A DNA stretch of 63,796 nucleotides, counting the filler, from Saprolegnia diclina VS20 (lineage: Eukaryota): NCBI RefSeq assembly GCF_000281045.1. It is 6 parts of 3 records of this genome, joined end to end, with 100 filler letters (N's around TTAATTAATTAA, not from the genome) between each part and the next. Parts side by side here need not be neighbours in the genome. Positions count along the whole stretch, not along the records: positions 37,608 to 53,335 come from NW_008246116.1; positions 53,436 to 60,698 come from NW_008246117.1; 4 more parts are not named here. One strand, given 5' to 3'. Below are positions 49,408-60,798 of the stretch, piece by piece. The notes below the pieces were generated by a model. The model had not been told where the DNA came from, made no database searches, and was given only the letters and a program-made list of their open reading frames with translations. The first letter of the stretch is position 1; each line of letters starts with the position of its first letter. Made by a program: the position numbers and the translations under genes.

Positions 49408-50406
49408 ATGTCCCTCGCCCGAGTCTACGCCGACGCCTGCGAGTCGCGGCCGCGCGAGTACTGGGACTACGACAACCTCTCGGTGGCCTGGGGCGACCAG
49501 GACGCGTACGAGGTCTCGCGCAAGATCGGCCGCGGCAAGTACTCGGAGGTGTTCCAGGGCGTGGCCGTCGCCAACGACAAGCCGTGCGTCATCAAGATCC
49601 TCAAGCCCGTCAAGAAGAAGAAGATCAAGCGCGAGATCAAGATTCTGCAAAACCTCACCGGCGGGACCAACATTGTCCAGCTCCTCGACGTCGTCCGCGA
49701 CCCGCAGTCCAAGACGCCGTCGCTCATCACCGAGCACATCAACAACCACGACTTCAAGACGCTGTACCCGACGTTGACGGACTTTGACATTCGCTACTAT
49801 ATCTTTGAGCTGCTCAAGGCGCTCGACTTTTGCCATGCGAATGGCATCATGCACCGCGACGTCAAGCCCCACAATGTAATGATTGACCACGAGAAGCGCC
49901 AGCTCCGCTTGATCGACTTTGGCCTTGCCGAGTTTTACCACCCGCACCGCGAGTACAACGTCCGCGTCGCGTCGCGCTACTACAAGGGCCCGGAGCTCCT
50001 TGTCGACATGCAAGAGTACGACTACTCGCTCGACATGTGGAGCGTCGGCTGCGTCCTCGCCGGCATGATCTTCAAGAAGGACCCGTTCTTCCACGGCAAC
50101 GACAACTACGACCAGCTCGTCAAGATCGCCAAGGTCCGCGGTACGGAAGACCTCTTCGAGTACCTCTCGACATACGACCTCGAGCTCGACCCGCAGTACG
50201 ATGGCATCCTTGGCACGCACTCGAAGAAGCCGTGGGAGAAGTTTATCACGGCCGACAACAAGCACCTCGTGACGCCGGAAGCACTCGACTTCCTCGAGAG
50301 CCTCCTCCAGTACGACCACCAGAAGCGCCCGACCGCCAAGGAGGCGATGGCCCACCCGTTCTTCCAGATCATTCGCGACCACCACGACGCGCAGCAAAAG
50401 GCCTAA
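49408..50406 (+). CDS. CKA1: casein kinase II alpha, second paralogue
   Basis: Same CK2 motifs; intronless; largely nucleotide-identical to the reverse complement of 22995-23999. Confidence 0.97.
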   Translation: MSLARVYADACESRPREYWDYDNLSVAWGDQDAYEVSRKIGRGKYSEVFQGVAVANDKPCVIKILKPVKKKKIKREIKILQNLTGGTNIVQLLDVVRDPQSKTPSLITEHINNHDFKTLYPTLTDFDIRYYIFELLKALDFCHANGIMHRDVKPHNVMIDHEKRQLRLIDFGLAEFYHPHREYNVRVASRYYKGPELLVDMQEYDYSLDMWSVGCVLAGMIFKKDPFFHGNDNYDQLVKIAKVRGTEDLFEYLSTYDLELDPQYDGILGTHSKKPWEKFITADNKHLVTPEALDFLESLLQYDHQKRPTAKEAMAHPFFQIIRDHHDAQQKA

Positions 50407-51377
50407 GCCACAACGGCCACTGGCAAGATTCACTTAGATATACACAAACAAGCTGTAGCATTGTTCCCCATAGCGTTGCCTCGCTACGGCAGCTAGTGCC
50501 ACGGCAGCTACGGATATCTCGTGGGCAGTCACTTGCTAGTGCAAGCAAACCGCGCCCCTCTCAAGCTCGTGAAAGTCCATGTTGGACAACACGTCCAAGG
50601 CCACTGACCCGACCTTACGAACGTCGGCGTACACATCGGATATGGTACCTCGATGGGCTACGGGTCGCCACTCGTTTATCGAACGCCCGTTGCTCGACGG
50701 GCGATTGGCAAACAGTGCTGTAGAGATCACTGTGGCGCAGAGAACGCAGCCTCCATCAAGCGCGGAAGATGGGCGTCGAATTGGAGTAATCACAGTCCAG
50801 ATGCGCCTTGCTTGGATCGGTCCAGGATCGTCGAACGTTCAAAAGAGAGGGATTGGCGCTAGCTACAGACCCGCGAGCACCATGACGGGGCTGCGCACGG
50901 CTGCTGTGTAGGCCGTTGAGACGACGTCGACGGAGAGTCGCATCGAGGGCCTCGGCTACATGGCGTCCATGCGCCCCTTGCGCAAGGACACTCGTTGGTC
51001 CAAGCTTTGGCTTCCACGCGAAATTTCAACCCGCCTGTCCGCTTCAAGTTTGGATCTTTGTAAATGCACGTTTCCCACGTTTTGTACACCAATTTCACGA
51101 TTCACGCAATAGAAGAAACCCGTACATTTTGTTTCACACGGCATTTCACACGGTGTGTTGCCGGGCAACCGTTCACCAAAGGGCAAACTCGCGCATCGGA
51201 TGGGGTAGAAAGGCCGCCTCAGCGTCAAAGTAGCTTGGACTTTGTATGGGACTCAGATCTGAGAACCACGGACCTTCCTGGGTTCAACCAGCTGGCCACC
51301 GAAACGACGACGGCGCCGGCTGCCGTCCATGGAGCTGCTCACTTTGGCTTTTGCTCCTCACAAGCACGACACATAGG

Positions 51378-53327
51378 ATGCTGCCGTACGGCTCGGGCAC
51401 CCAAGGTACGCCACCTCTTCTTGCCCGATCGGTCCGCTCACGTAGCTCGTAGAACTCAAGCACATTCGCATTGCGCGGTCGTCGAGCGCGTCCGACGTCT
51501 CGTGGAAGCACGTGGCAGTTGGCGCGACCGTGGCCGTCGCCACGCTTGGGTACGCTGCCACGATGCATTCGATGGTGAGCAACCAAGCGGCGGCGCTGGA
51601 CGCGCTCCACGCGCAGATGCTGGCCATGAGCAGCGTCAAGTCGCCCAAGCACGCTGCGCCGGTGCCAGCGATTGAGACGCTGCCGCACAAGTACGCAGTG
51701 GAGAACGTGACGCCGCGCAAGACGCAGGACCTCCGTGGCACGTGCTGGGACTTTGCGACCATCTCCGTGCTCGAGTACTCGTACCGTCAGCAAGGCATTG
51801 CGCGCGGGTGGCTCGCGCCCGACGAGTACGTCTCGCTCTCCGAGCAAGCGTACGGCGCCGACCTGCTCCAGCTGTGCACGACCAAGGACAAGTCCAAGTG
51901 CTACTTGACAGCAACGCAAAACACCACCGAAGGCGGCTTCATCGAGGAGTTTGCGCTCGTCAGCAACGACGTGGCGGTCTTCCCGGACGCGATCTGCCCG
52001 TACACGCCGTGGCCGGGCAACGACACGGTCTGCCCGGGCTTGACCGACGCGGCCCGCGCGTCCAACCCGCTCAAGGCGACCGTCAACGGCCTCAAGGAGT
52101 ACTTTGACGTCCAGGACATCAAGGCGGCCTTGTTCCGTGAAAAGCGGTAGGATCGATTGCCGTCTCTGTAATTGCAAAGACTCATCGCGGTCGATAGCGC
52201 GCTGGGCTTTAGCACGACGATGGCGGAGATCACGCGCTACATCCCGTGCGTCGGCGAGCTCACCAAGGACCCGCGCTGTGACGTGGCGTCGCCGCTGTGC
52301 ACCTTGTGTCCGCCGGGTATCCCGACCACGTGCTGCGTCACGACAACGGGCGGCGAAGACTACAACATGGACGGCGAGTTCACGTCCCACTACGGTATGG
52401 AGGCCGAGGGTGGCCACGCCATGACGATTGTCGGCTACAACGACGAGTACACGACCAAGGACGGCTACACGGGCGGCTACATCCTCAAGAACTCGTGGTG
52501 GGACGGCGTTGACCCGCCGCTTGGCCCGGTCCACGCCCGTGGCAGCCACAGCATCCGCTATTTTTTGCAGGTACCTCGTACCCTAAACCTACCCTAGCCC
52601 TCACCACGTTTTTCTAGGAAATCTCCGAGTTTGAAGAGCGCTTCAACTGCCCCAACAGCGCCAACCCGGCCAACTGGTACCAGTGCCAAGGTCGCGTCGG
52701 TGTCATCCACGCCGACGCAGACGCGGGTGTCATTCGCGCGCCAATCAATGCGTCGCTTGTCGCTTTTGACGAGTGCTTGAGCGAGGACACGCGCCGTGAC
52801 GCGGCGTCGTCCTTCTCGCCGCTGCATTTGAGCTGCACCAACGATGCGCTCTGCAAGGCGAACGCGACGTACTTTGTGCGCAACAGCACGGCGGTCGGCG
52901 ACGGCTTCCAGACGTTCTGCTTCTTCGAGTATGTTCGCGACGGCAACTCGAGCGACGTGTGTTTGCCGGCGATGCTCCCGACCGACCTCGCGCACGCATT
53001 TGCGCCCATCGAAGCGGAGGCGTATGTCAACAACCCGGACGTGTGCGGCTTTTACTTTTACCCATACGCCAAGCAGCGCGCGGGCGCGGCCCTCGGCTGG
53101 GAAGTGAGCGCCGACGACCTCGACGTGACGTGGGCACCGCAGTCGTATGCGGCCAACGCGCACAAGTTTCCGACCCTCGACTACACGCTGGTACAACGTT
53201 AGTTGTTGCTACGGTGGATCTCATGCTGTATGGTGATGATAATTAGGTGCGGCAGTCGACCAAGGTGCAAAAGACGGCGCCGGTGCTGGGCCCGATTCCC
53301 GTCTACGTTGCGCGCGACGAGCTCTAA
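51378..53327 (+). CDS. papain-family (C1A) cysteine protease with N-terminal hydrophobic anchor and Cys-rich C-terminal extension
   Basis: QDLRGTCWDF (oxyanion Gln, catalytic Cys), GGHAMTIVGY (His), LKNSW (Asn); multi-exon; ends ...VARDEL TAA 53325-53327. Confidence 0.9.
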
Positions 53328-53789
53328 GCGGTAGTNNNNNNNNNNNNNNNNNNNNNNNNNNNNNNNNNNNNNNNNNNNNTTAATTAATTAANNNNNNNNN
53401 NNNNNNNNNNNNNNNNNNNNNNNNNNNNNNNNNNNGTAGCCTGCTACTCCGCGTCGCGCCCGCTACGATGCTACTTCTTGTTGCCGTCGATCGCCAAGCT
53501 GCATGAAGCATGAAGCGTTCTGGTATGACGCTTTTACACTTTTTTCGGACCCCGAAAACAGACATTTGGAGCTTTCAAGGTGGCATTTTCACGCGACCAC
53601 TGGACAAAATAGGCTCCTGGCTAGATAAAGTCGCTGCTTCTTGGCCGATTCGAGCTGCTGCTCCAACGACTATGTATGTAGAAACCCACGTCCTTCTCCC
53701 ACTACTTTAGGGCCGTACTTATCGATCTTGTTGGCCCATTCGGTCCCATTCCGGCGTTGGTGGTAGCCTGCTACTCCGCGTCGCGCCCG

Positions 53790-56595
53790 CTACGATTGCA
53801 GTCGTCGTTGACGACTGCAATCATGTCGGCGTTGCAGATCGTCGACAAGCGGTGGGCGACGATCACGGTCGTGCGCTGCCTCTGCTTGAGGAGACGATCG
53901 AGCGACTCTTGCACGATGCGCTCGCTCTCCTGGACGAGGCGACGTCCAGCAAGAGCACGGCTGGGTGCCGGATGATGGCGCAAAGCGCTGCTTCTGGCCG
54001 CCCGACGCTTGCACACCGCGGTCGTCTCGTAGTCGTTGAAAAACGCATGATAACGTCGTGCGCGTTGGCCTTCTTGGCGGCGTCCTCAATCTCGGCCATG
54101 GTCGCACCCGGCTTGCCTGTCGCAATGTTCTCCGCGATCGTGCCCGCACACAGCAAGGGCTCCTGCGACACGATCGAGAAGTGGCTGCGCAGCGACTGCA
54201 CGTTGAGCGACCGGAGGTCGTGGCCGTCCAAGAAACCCGCGCCGGACGCCGGGTCGTAAAAGTGTTCGAGCAAACCGATCACCGTACTCTTGCCCGAGCA
54301 GCCGACGAGCGCGAGCGTCTGGCCAGCGTGTATCGTCAAGCTGTAGTCCTTGTAGATCTACGAGTCGGGGCGTGAGGGATAATGCCAAGGCAGCGTGGCG
54401 CAATTCGAGCTCGCCCTTGACCTCGTCATGCACATTCGAAGCCGAGCAGTCGATGGACGGGACGCGGTCGATGATGCCATAGATGCTGCCGATCGCCTTC
54501 TTGGCCTTGGCCATGTCGCCAAAGCCCTGGGCCGCCATGCCGACACCAAACGACAGGAGCAAAATCGGGTTGAGCACGAGGAACATGCGCTCGAAGTCAA
54601 CGTCACCACAGATGATGAGCCAGCCGCCAAACCAGAAGGGGAATGCCATCGCAATGACCATGCAGCTCTGCGAGACGCCAAAGCCGACACCCGCCAAGAT
54701 GCCCACCTTGTGGTCCGTGGTCGGCGAGAGCTGCAGAAAGGTCAGGTACGCTTCGTTGGTCGTCTTCTCGAGGCAGAAGGACGCGACCGTTTGGATCGAG
54801 TTGATGGGGTTCCGAGAGGAGCGCGCCGGCGCGGATGTCGCCGTCGTTGACGTTCTTGACCGTGTTGCCGCCCATCGACTGCATCTGGATGAATGCGCCA
54901 AAGCCAATGATGGGAAACACGCCGAGGAGCGCGAGCGTCATTTGCCAGCTCTGCGAGAATGCAATGCCAAAGGCAACAGCCAAGATCGAGACGTTGATGA
55001 GGACGACGTTGACCGTCTCGGCCGTCATAATGCGGATGGCAGCCGAGTCGGTCACGAGGCGCGTCGTGAGCGAGCCCGACGAGTGCTTCTCATCGTCAAA
55101 CCAGCCAATGTCCTGGCGCAGCATTGCTTGGAAGCACAAGCCACGAATGCGCGACGTGAGGCGCTCGCAAGCAATGGAAAACTGGTGGTTTTGAAGCGTC
55201 AGCTCCGCGCAATAGACTACACCGAGACCCCCAAACCCCGCAGCCCAGAGCGACGATCGCGTCGTCGGGCTGTCGAGCTTGAAGGAGGGCCGTGCACTTG
55301 GTCAAGAGCAAGCTCCAGACGGGAAGACGGCGCCGTTGAGGACCGCACCGATGCCACCAAAGATGAAGTTGAGCATCTCTGGCTTGCTCAAGCTCCAGAC
55401 GCGCAAAACAGGCACGTCCTTGGCGGCCTCAATGTCCGTCTCGGCGTCGCTCTTCGCGTCGACTCTTGGTGGCTCACGCGCGAGTGGAAGCGGTTGCAGC
55501 CGGCCGTGATCGGCGCCGGCGAGAGCTCGTCGTCAAGGTCTTCATCTATGCCGACCTTCTTCATCTGCGCCTCGACAAGCGTCTTGTAGAGACCGTGTGG
55601 CGGTTGCAGAAGCGCATCATGCGTGCCTTCTTCGACAGCATTGCCAGATTCAAGCACCGCGATCGGCGTTGCGGGTCGTCGTTCGGTCGTCCGACGCCAC
55701 AAGATGATCGAGCGACGCCTGCACAATGTGCTCGCTCTCCGTGTCGAGCGCCGATGTTGCTTCGTCCAGAATCAGAATACAATGCGTTGTTTCTACGTAC
55801 ATCCACGGGTTCAGATCGGATAGAAGAAAGTGCAAAGTGCGAAAGGACGACATACCTGACCCCCCGAGACGCTGCCACTGGCACCGACGAGCGCAATCTT
55901 TTGGCCTGCCGGAATGTGCAACGAGTAGCCAGCGCACGCTTGGACGTTGGACCGCGACGGGTACGCAAACGAAATGTTGGAGAGCGTGATCTCGCCTTAG
56001 ACGGTCGGCAGGATGGCGCCGGCATCGTCCGAGCTGGCGTCGATCGTGAACTCGCGCTCGATGAGCTCAAAGACGTCGTAGGCCTCAGACCGGGCAGAGA
56101 ACATGGCCTGCGCGCTCGGGCCGGCCTGGCCATGCACCATGGAGCTCGTGACGACGCGGCCACCATCGTAGTAGCCGCTGCCAACACACTTGTCGGTGAT
56201 CTGGTCGTTCGTGATCTTGACCGCGCCGTAGTACATGCCGACCGCGTACCTGCAGAAGACGACAAACAACATGCCGCCCGTGCCGAGGTCGACCGCAATG
56301 CCCTTCTTGACGCCGGCGACGTCGGTCTTGCGCAGGGCGGTATTGTACTTGTCGACCATGCGGCGTTGGACATGTGCACGGTGCGGATGTTGCTGAGCGA
56401 CACTTCGGCGACACCACCGGCTTCAGCGTACGACTCGATGTCGCCTTGCGTCGGCGACGCGATCGCCTTGATCATGAAGCAGCCGCTCGCAGCGATGAGC
56501 GGCGTAAATGCAAAGAAGATAAGCGCGAGCTCCCAGCCGTAGCAGAAGGCAATGATAAAGCCTGAGAGCGCCATGGTCGCAATACCGTTAATCAA
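53790..56595 (-). pseudogene. ABCB transporter pseudogene
   Basis: TMD1, NBD1, TMD2 and NBD2 remnants in shifting frames ([55 protein letters not shown]) with stops and deletions. Confidence 0.9.
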
Positions 56596-56673
56596 CGCTT
56601 CGCGTTCAATACAAAAGTTCCTACCAGCTCACCCCGGAAGGGACCTGTTGTTGTCAAGAAGATTTTTGTACAG

Positions 56674-56790
56674 TAGTCAAAGCATAAAAATGCACATGTT
56701 CTTGTATGTCGATACTCAAAACAAGAAGAGTCTCGTACAATAGTCGAAGCATGAAAATGCACCTTTTGTGCGTCGATACTCGAAACAAGA
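56674..56790. repeat. imperfect two-unit tandem repeat (about 67-bp period)
   Basis: TAGTCAAAGCATAAAAATGCAC...GTCGATACTCAAAACAAGA recurs as TAGTCGAAGCATGAAAATGCAC...GTCGATACTCGAAACAAGA. Confidence 0.8.
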
Positions 56791-57019
56791 CGGGCGTGCG
56801 CAGGTGCTTACTGACGCTCCTCTATTTTATTGCCTACCACTGAGCATACTAGAAGGTATTGTGAGGTCTGCATGGGCAATCGCATATATACTGTAGCTCG
56901 ACCGCTGCGCAATCAAATCACCGTCCGCGTTTTACCGTAATCTGACCGTAATTACGAGCTTTATGGGGAAAACCGCTCAAATCATCAGTTCTTGAAGATC
57001 CGGGTCGAGGAGAAGGAGC

Positions 57020-59533
57020 ATGGCGGTCAAGGACGACCGCTACCAGCGCGCTCTCGAGCGCATCAAGCCGCGCAGCCCGACGCTCTTGACAGGGGCCTGT
57101 CGACTTCCGGCCGTGCATGTCGATGGCCGCCCCGCCTACCTGGCGTCTCCGAGCGCGCAGACGATGGCACCAGGCCGGTACGAAGCCGTCGAGGTCGACC
57201 CGGCGTGGCAGGACGATCTCCAGCGCGCTGTCGCGCCGCTCGTAGCTCACGACGACGTTGGATTCCGCATCTCCCTCGGTCATCTCGTCGTCTCCCCAGT
57301 CGACGCACCTCTCGACGCGATGAAGCCCGGGAAGCGCAGCAAGCGCTTCGGGACCCTTATCGTCGAGCTTATTGGCCCCGAGAACGAGACGTGGACCGTT
57401 CACTCGAGCGGAATCTCGCACGCGTGGGCTGCCGGTCCTTTACGCTGGTATGCCGTCTTTGGCTTCGCGACGCCGTCGGTGCAACACCACGGGTCCCGGA
57501 CAGGCCGTCGCATCGCGCTCGTGTACAACCTCGTGGCGCAGCGGGACGGACTGCCACCGACGCCCGTCAAGAACACGGACGCCGTTCGCGCGTTCCAGAA
57601 GCTGGCTCGCACGCGTCGTGACGAGGACCCGTGCGTCCTGTACGTGCGCCAAGGATCCGGATACAACACGTCGGCCCTCGACGAGGACCTCGTCGACATC
57701 ATTGCGGGCTCGAAAAAGTACGATATGGTCGAAGCGCAGACGACCGTCGTCAAAGGCAGCCTCATCGTGACGCGGGCGACGAGCTTTCGGCGACACTTGC
57801 CGAAACTGCTCCTCAACAGCCTCCAGGGCCGCGTTCTCACTCGCTGGTTTGGCGCCGATCCAGATGACGAAGCACCACTGTACGTCGTTCTGTGGCCGTG
57901 CACAGCGCGTTGGCGTCTTCTGAGTATCACGAACGTGCTGCATGCGTTGGCGACGAACCGGGGTCAGCTCCACGGGCTTCTCGAAGGCCCCCGTCGCTCG
58001 CCAAAAGACGCACTGCCTCTTCTCGTCAAGGTTCTCGTGGACACGTATGACATCTCCCCGAGCATCCAGGCGCACCTCTGTCGCATTTTGCTTCGCGAGC
58101 CCAGCAAGGCAGCGCTGTGCCTTTTTATCCGCAACCAGTTTGTGCCCAACGACGACTCGGGTCGCTTCTTCATGGACGTGCTCGACGTCTGTGGGTGGCT
58201 CCCGACCCACGACTCGGTCTCGGTCGCAACTGCCGTCCTCGCGATGCTGCGACGCTGCCACAAGCACCTCGAGCACAGCGTCATGATGCTTGTCGCCCTT
58301 ACCCAAGTCCCAGTGCACGGTCTCGTAGCTCACGCCGAGTGCATCCAAGCCGCGTACAACACGTGTGTTGACGTTTTGGCGCGACACGTCGAGACGCCAC
58401 AGCTCAAGGAATCGAGCAAGTTCCTCGCCTCATTCTTGTACCTGGAGCAGTCGGTGCACGCGTCACGATCAGAGACGGAAGACTCGTGGTTCGATCGCGG
58501 CTTGCCCCCTGCCGAGCCCACGATCATCGAGTCCTTTGAAGCCCGCCCGGCAGGTCTCGTCGACATCCTCTTGGCCAAGCCGGCGTTGTTCGCAGCGCAC
58601 GTGCTCGCGCCGGCGCTGGCGATGCTCAATTTTGTGCCGACCAACATAGACCAAGCGGTTCGTATGATGGAACTCGACCTGCATGGGACGCTACGTCACG
58701 TGTCGAGCCACACGGCGGCGTCCTTTCTGCGTGCGCTGGACATCGCTGGACGTCTCGATACAACCGCGTCCTATCTCTGGGCCGATCTCGGTGTTGTCGC
58801 CATCCCGGTCTTTGCGATACTTCTTGCTCAAGGAGGTCCCATCAAGAACGCGGACGCAATGGCTGCCATGCTGCGCACCACTGCCGGGTGTTGCATCGTC
58901 CAGATCCCGCACCTCGACCAAGTGCTCGGCGAGATGGCAGCCATGTGGCCTAACGTCCACGACCTATTCCCTCGTTTCGCGCATGCGGCGTACGATGTTG
59001 CACTACTGCAGCAGCACCTTCTTGAAGAGGCCACGATAGTTTTTGACTCGAGCGGCGTAGTGGATGGCCACATTTTTGCTAGCTGTGTGCATAGCTTCTT
59101 GACGACAAGCCCCGTGGCCTTCCCGCACCTCTCCTGCATCACTCAGCTGGCTCGCGCACTTACCGACCATGGTGTTTTCCATGCGGGCCGTGCGATCGCA
59201 GGCGCTGCGCTCACGACGGTCCACGCCGAGATGGCCAACTGGACGTGCTTTCTCGAGTGCTCGTGCGCCCCCTGCACCGGCTTGCGCGTCTTCTTGAACG
59301 ACGCGCGCGAAGGAGTTTTTGACATTGACGACATGGACGCCCGCCACGTCCGCACGTCTCTCACGCTTTTGTCGAGCATTCACATTGTGCCACACCACGT
59401 GCTTCGCGTCCACAAGCTCGTTTTTTTTCCCTACACTGACCTGGCCATCGCGACGCTCCGTCAACTCCGTGCAAGCGCCTCGGACTTGAAGGACATGGTC
59501 GTCGGAGGCCATTTTGCGCAAGCGGATTTTTAG
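57020..59533 (+). CDS. 837-aa hypothetical protein with degenerate 2OG-Fe(II) oxygenase-like N-terminal domain
   Basis: Intronless ORF; FGTLIVEL...WYAVF...TGRRIALVYNL and C-terminal CSCAPC..L..FLND resemble that family as recalled; no HxD motif visible. Confidence 0.6.
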   Translation: MAVKDDRYQRALERIKPRSPTLLTGACRLPAVHVDGRPAYLASPSAQTMAPGRYEAVEVDPAWQDDLQRAVAPLVAHDDVGFRISLGHLVVSPVDAPLDAMKPGKRSKRFGTLIVELIGPENETWTVHSSGISHAWAAGPLRWYAVFGFATPSVQHHGSRTGRRIALVYNLVAQRDGLPPTPVKNTDAVRAFQKLARTRRDEDPCVLYVRQGSGYNTSALDEDLVDIIAGSKKYDMVEAQTTVVKGSLIVTRATSFRRHLPKLLLNSLQGRVLTRWFGADPDDEAPLYVVLWPCTARWRLLSITNVLHALATNRGQLHGLLEGPRRSPKDALPLLVKVLVDTYDISPSIQAHLCRILLREPSKAALCLFIRNQFVPNDDSGRFFMDVLDVCGWLPTHDSVSVATAVLAMLRRCHKHLEHSVMMLVALTQVPVHGLVAHAECIQAAYNTCVDVLARHVETPQLKESSKFLASFLYLEQSVHASRSETEDSWFDRGLPPAEPTIIESFEARPAGLVDILLAKPALFAAHVLAPALAMLNFVPTNIDQAVRMMELDLHGTLRHVSSHTAASFLRALDIAGRLDTTASYLWADLGVVAIPVFAILLAQGGPIKNADAMAAMLRTTAGCCIVQIPHLDQVLGEMAAMWPNVHDLFPRFAHAAYDVALLQQHLLEEATIVFDSSGVVDGHIFASCVHSFLTTSPVAFPHLSCITQLARALTDHGVFHAGRAIAGAALTTVHAEMANWTCFLECSCAPCTGLRVFLNDAREGVFDIDDMDARHVRTSLTLLSSIHIVPHHVLRVHKLVFFPYTDLAIATLRQLRASASDLKDMVVGGHFAQADF

Positions 59534-60798
59534 TCTTTGGAGCCGCAGATAATGCAAGTTGTGTTGCATGATACCTGCCACTGGCATGCGAATTGAGCTG
59601 CGTACAAAGGTGCACGTGGTGGCACAGCTTCATTTGTACATGGATGCACCGATACCAGCACGTGCAAGACTGAGCAAGTGAATGCGACGTGAGATGCGAT
59701 TCACCGTATCTGTGTTCTTTTGACCGGCTGTGTTTCTGGGCGTCAAGCATACTAGTATAGCATAAGCTTGCAGTTTAGGCCAGAGATGGGCTGGCAGTAC
59801 TATATCCCAGCAAAAGACAGCTTCGGGCGATGCATCCGAGCCAGTGCGATGGAGAAACATCAACAATGTTTTTACCAATTCCAAGTCATTTCCCAAGTAA
59901 TGCCATTTCAGCAAATTGCTCATTTACGAGATCGCCGCAGTCCGAGTCCTAGGGCAACTGTAGACCTTGGACCAGGTCACAGGGCGATGCTGTAAGGTTA
60001 CTGCGGCCGAGCTGCTCCACTTGAGACCGCCAGCATGAAACCTTTACAACCGACAGCCCCGCTCGCTTGCAGGCCTCTTGCAGCCGCTGGCGTGCATCGG
60101 TCGCGTGGAAGTGGCCTGCGGCGAGCTAGTGACCACTGCAATAGGGGTACTGCGTCTTCTTAACAGTCGCAGCTTGACTGTGCCAGTCGTCGATTCCATA
60201 CGGATCTATCCCGGGGCTGCACGGTTCGACGTCGTGTACCAGGCGGCGATCGACCACGTGACGCCGACAGAGCTCAAGGGCCAAAGCAAGCAACCCAGTG
60301 TGACCATCGACGGTGCCGAGGTTGCGTGGCCAATGGCGCCGGACGTCGTAAAGCCGCTCGTTCAGAGGCATCAGACGCGACGCCGGCGGCACATCAACAT
60401 CGAGCCGATCAAGATGCGCGTCGGCGCATGTGGCATTACCGTGATCACGCTCCCGATCGCCTTGGCGCCAAAGGATGCGCGGACGCTGCACCTTCTTGAC
60501 AAGCAGACCGAGACATGCCTTGCGCCTCCGTATGCGACCATGCAGCCCGCGATCGTGTCGGCGTCAACGTCCCTCCACACCGCGCTTCGATGGATGCCGC
60601 CTGGGAGGCGACTGTAGCACGTCAGCTGCGACCGCTCGTTGCTCACTTGTCTGCCGACGTGACGATCGCTTTGGCGCATCTCAGCCTTGCGACTGCGCNN
60701 NNNNNNNNNNNNNNNNNNNNNNNNNNNNNNNNNNNNNNNNNNTTAATTAATTAANNNNNNNNNNNNNNNNNNNNNNNNNNNNNNNNNNNNNNNNNNNN

